DNA of 64,000 nucleotides from Yuukianura sp. NJ FZ-2021 (Eukaryota): NCBI GenBank assembly GCA_046563655.1, contig CM102284.1, positions 372,001 to 436,000 of the forward strand, read 5' to 3'. Shown piece by piece: positions 63,177 to 64,000 of this stretch (position 1 is its first letter; each line of letters starts with the position of its first letter). The notes under the pieces were generated by a model. It saw only the letters and a program-made list of their open reading frames with translations, ran no database searches and was not told where the DNA came from. The position numbers and the translations under genes were made by a program.

Positions 63177-64000
63177 TAGTGTTATGTTGATCATGTAACG
63201 TTTTAATGGATGTAGAAAGGCCATTTTATACAACCTATGTTAAAGTTATGTTAAATTTAGTTTCTCCTTGGAATGAAGTAGGAAATGAGAAATGTGTTAG
63301 TGCCATTGGATGTTTTTGCACTGTGGAGAGAAACATAACAATTGAAATGGGAGACGGAGAAGGAAGTTATGGCTTCAAATGTAGTTTGTGGAGGTTACAA
63401 TGGGAGTTTGTGAGGCGTGGGATAAAAGTAAGCTCAAAAGCAACAGATAGTTACTCCCTGTCTCTGCATAAACGTTGTACTTTTTGCAATAAATTCAAAA
63501 GGGAGTAACTAAAAAGAGTGATGCTAAATTCAAAACAAAGGGAGAGTATTAAGTTCAACAGTTGAAGGCACAAGGAGCTGGCCTTGTCTTTTTACCAACT
63601 TCAGGGCCACGACTAAGAAAAAATGAAAAAATCTCATCAAGTGTGCAACAATGTTACCAAATTACGGGCTAATTTTAATCAAAATGAAAAAAAGCATCAA
63701 TTTCTTAGTTTTTCAAAAATTGAAATTGAGGAGTTTAAAAATTAAGAGTTTGATGATTTGGAGACTGGAACATTTTTTGCAAAATGCAAAGTTTTTTTGT
63801 CTCCCACTTTTTGCATATCATTCATAAAGTTCAATCCATTTTTAAAAAATGTTGTACACGATTTTTTTAAAAGTGGAAGTTTTTTTAAACTTTTCTTTTG
63901 TTCTTTTGTTAACCTTCTTGGAAATTTTTTTTTGGGTGAAGATTTCACTGTGGACTTTGGAGGGGATTGTGATTTGGAAAGTGGGGTTTTGTGGTGGAAG

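Overview
This is gene-dense, AT-rich eukaryotic DNA with short GT-AG introns. It is arthropod, and most consistent with a basal hexapod such as a springtail; that assignment is inferred from the intron-poor divergent gustatory and ionotropic receptors and the modular serine protease. Exons were spliced by hand from the sequence. Genes in order: a GR-like 7TM chemoreceptor (+); a modular LDLa-Sushi-trypsin protease (+); Mo25/CAB39 (+); a K-Cl cotransporter (KCC, -) with two candidate first exons, whose introns host a double-knottin peptide gene (+), a ~31-bp minisatellite and an intronless ionotropic receptor (-); a probably catalytically dead, GPI-type M28 peptidase homologue (-); a scramblase-like gene (+); two more double-knottin paralogues (+); Atg3 (+, with an apparent 1-nt frameshift); Fis1 (-); an orphan membrane/secreted protein (+); a tandem defensin-like peptide (-); a short divergent SMG6-like TPR-PIN nuclease (+); a coiled-coil protein with five LC8-type QT motifs (+); UQCR11 with an N-terminal extension (-); and U2SURP/SR140 (+). 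Several non-autonomous DNA transposons with clear TIRs/TSDs and a tRNA-derived repeat family are present. The most notable observations are: (1) the 13-mer TGACCTTTGACCT (nuclear-receptor DR1) occurs at least nine times and repeatedly sits directly against 3' splice sites; (2) a three-member family of 13-Cys tandem-knottin prepropeptides; (3) a 40-53 kb island of lineage-specific genes and MITEs between housekeeping genes. No CRISPR array, rRNA or convincing functional tRNA was found.
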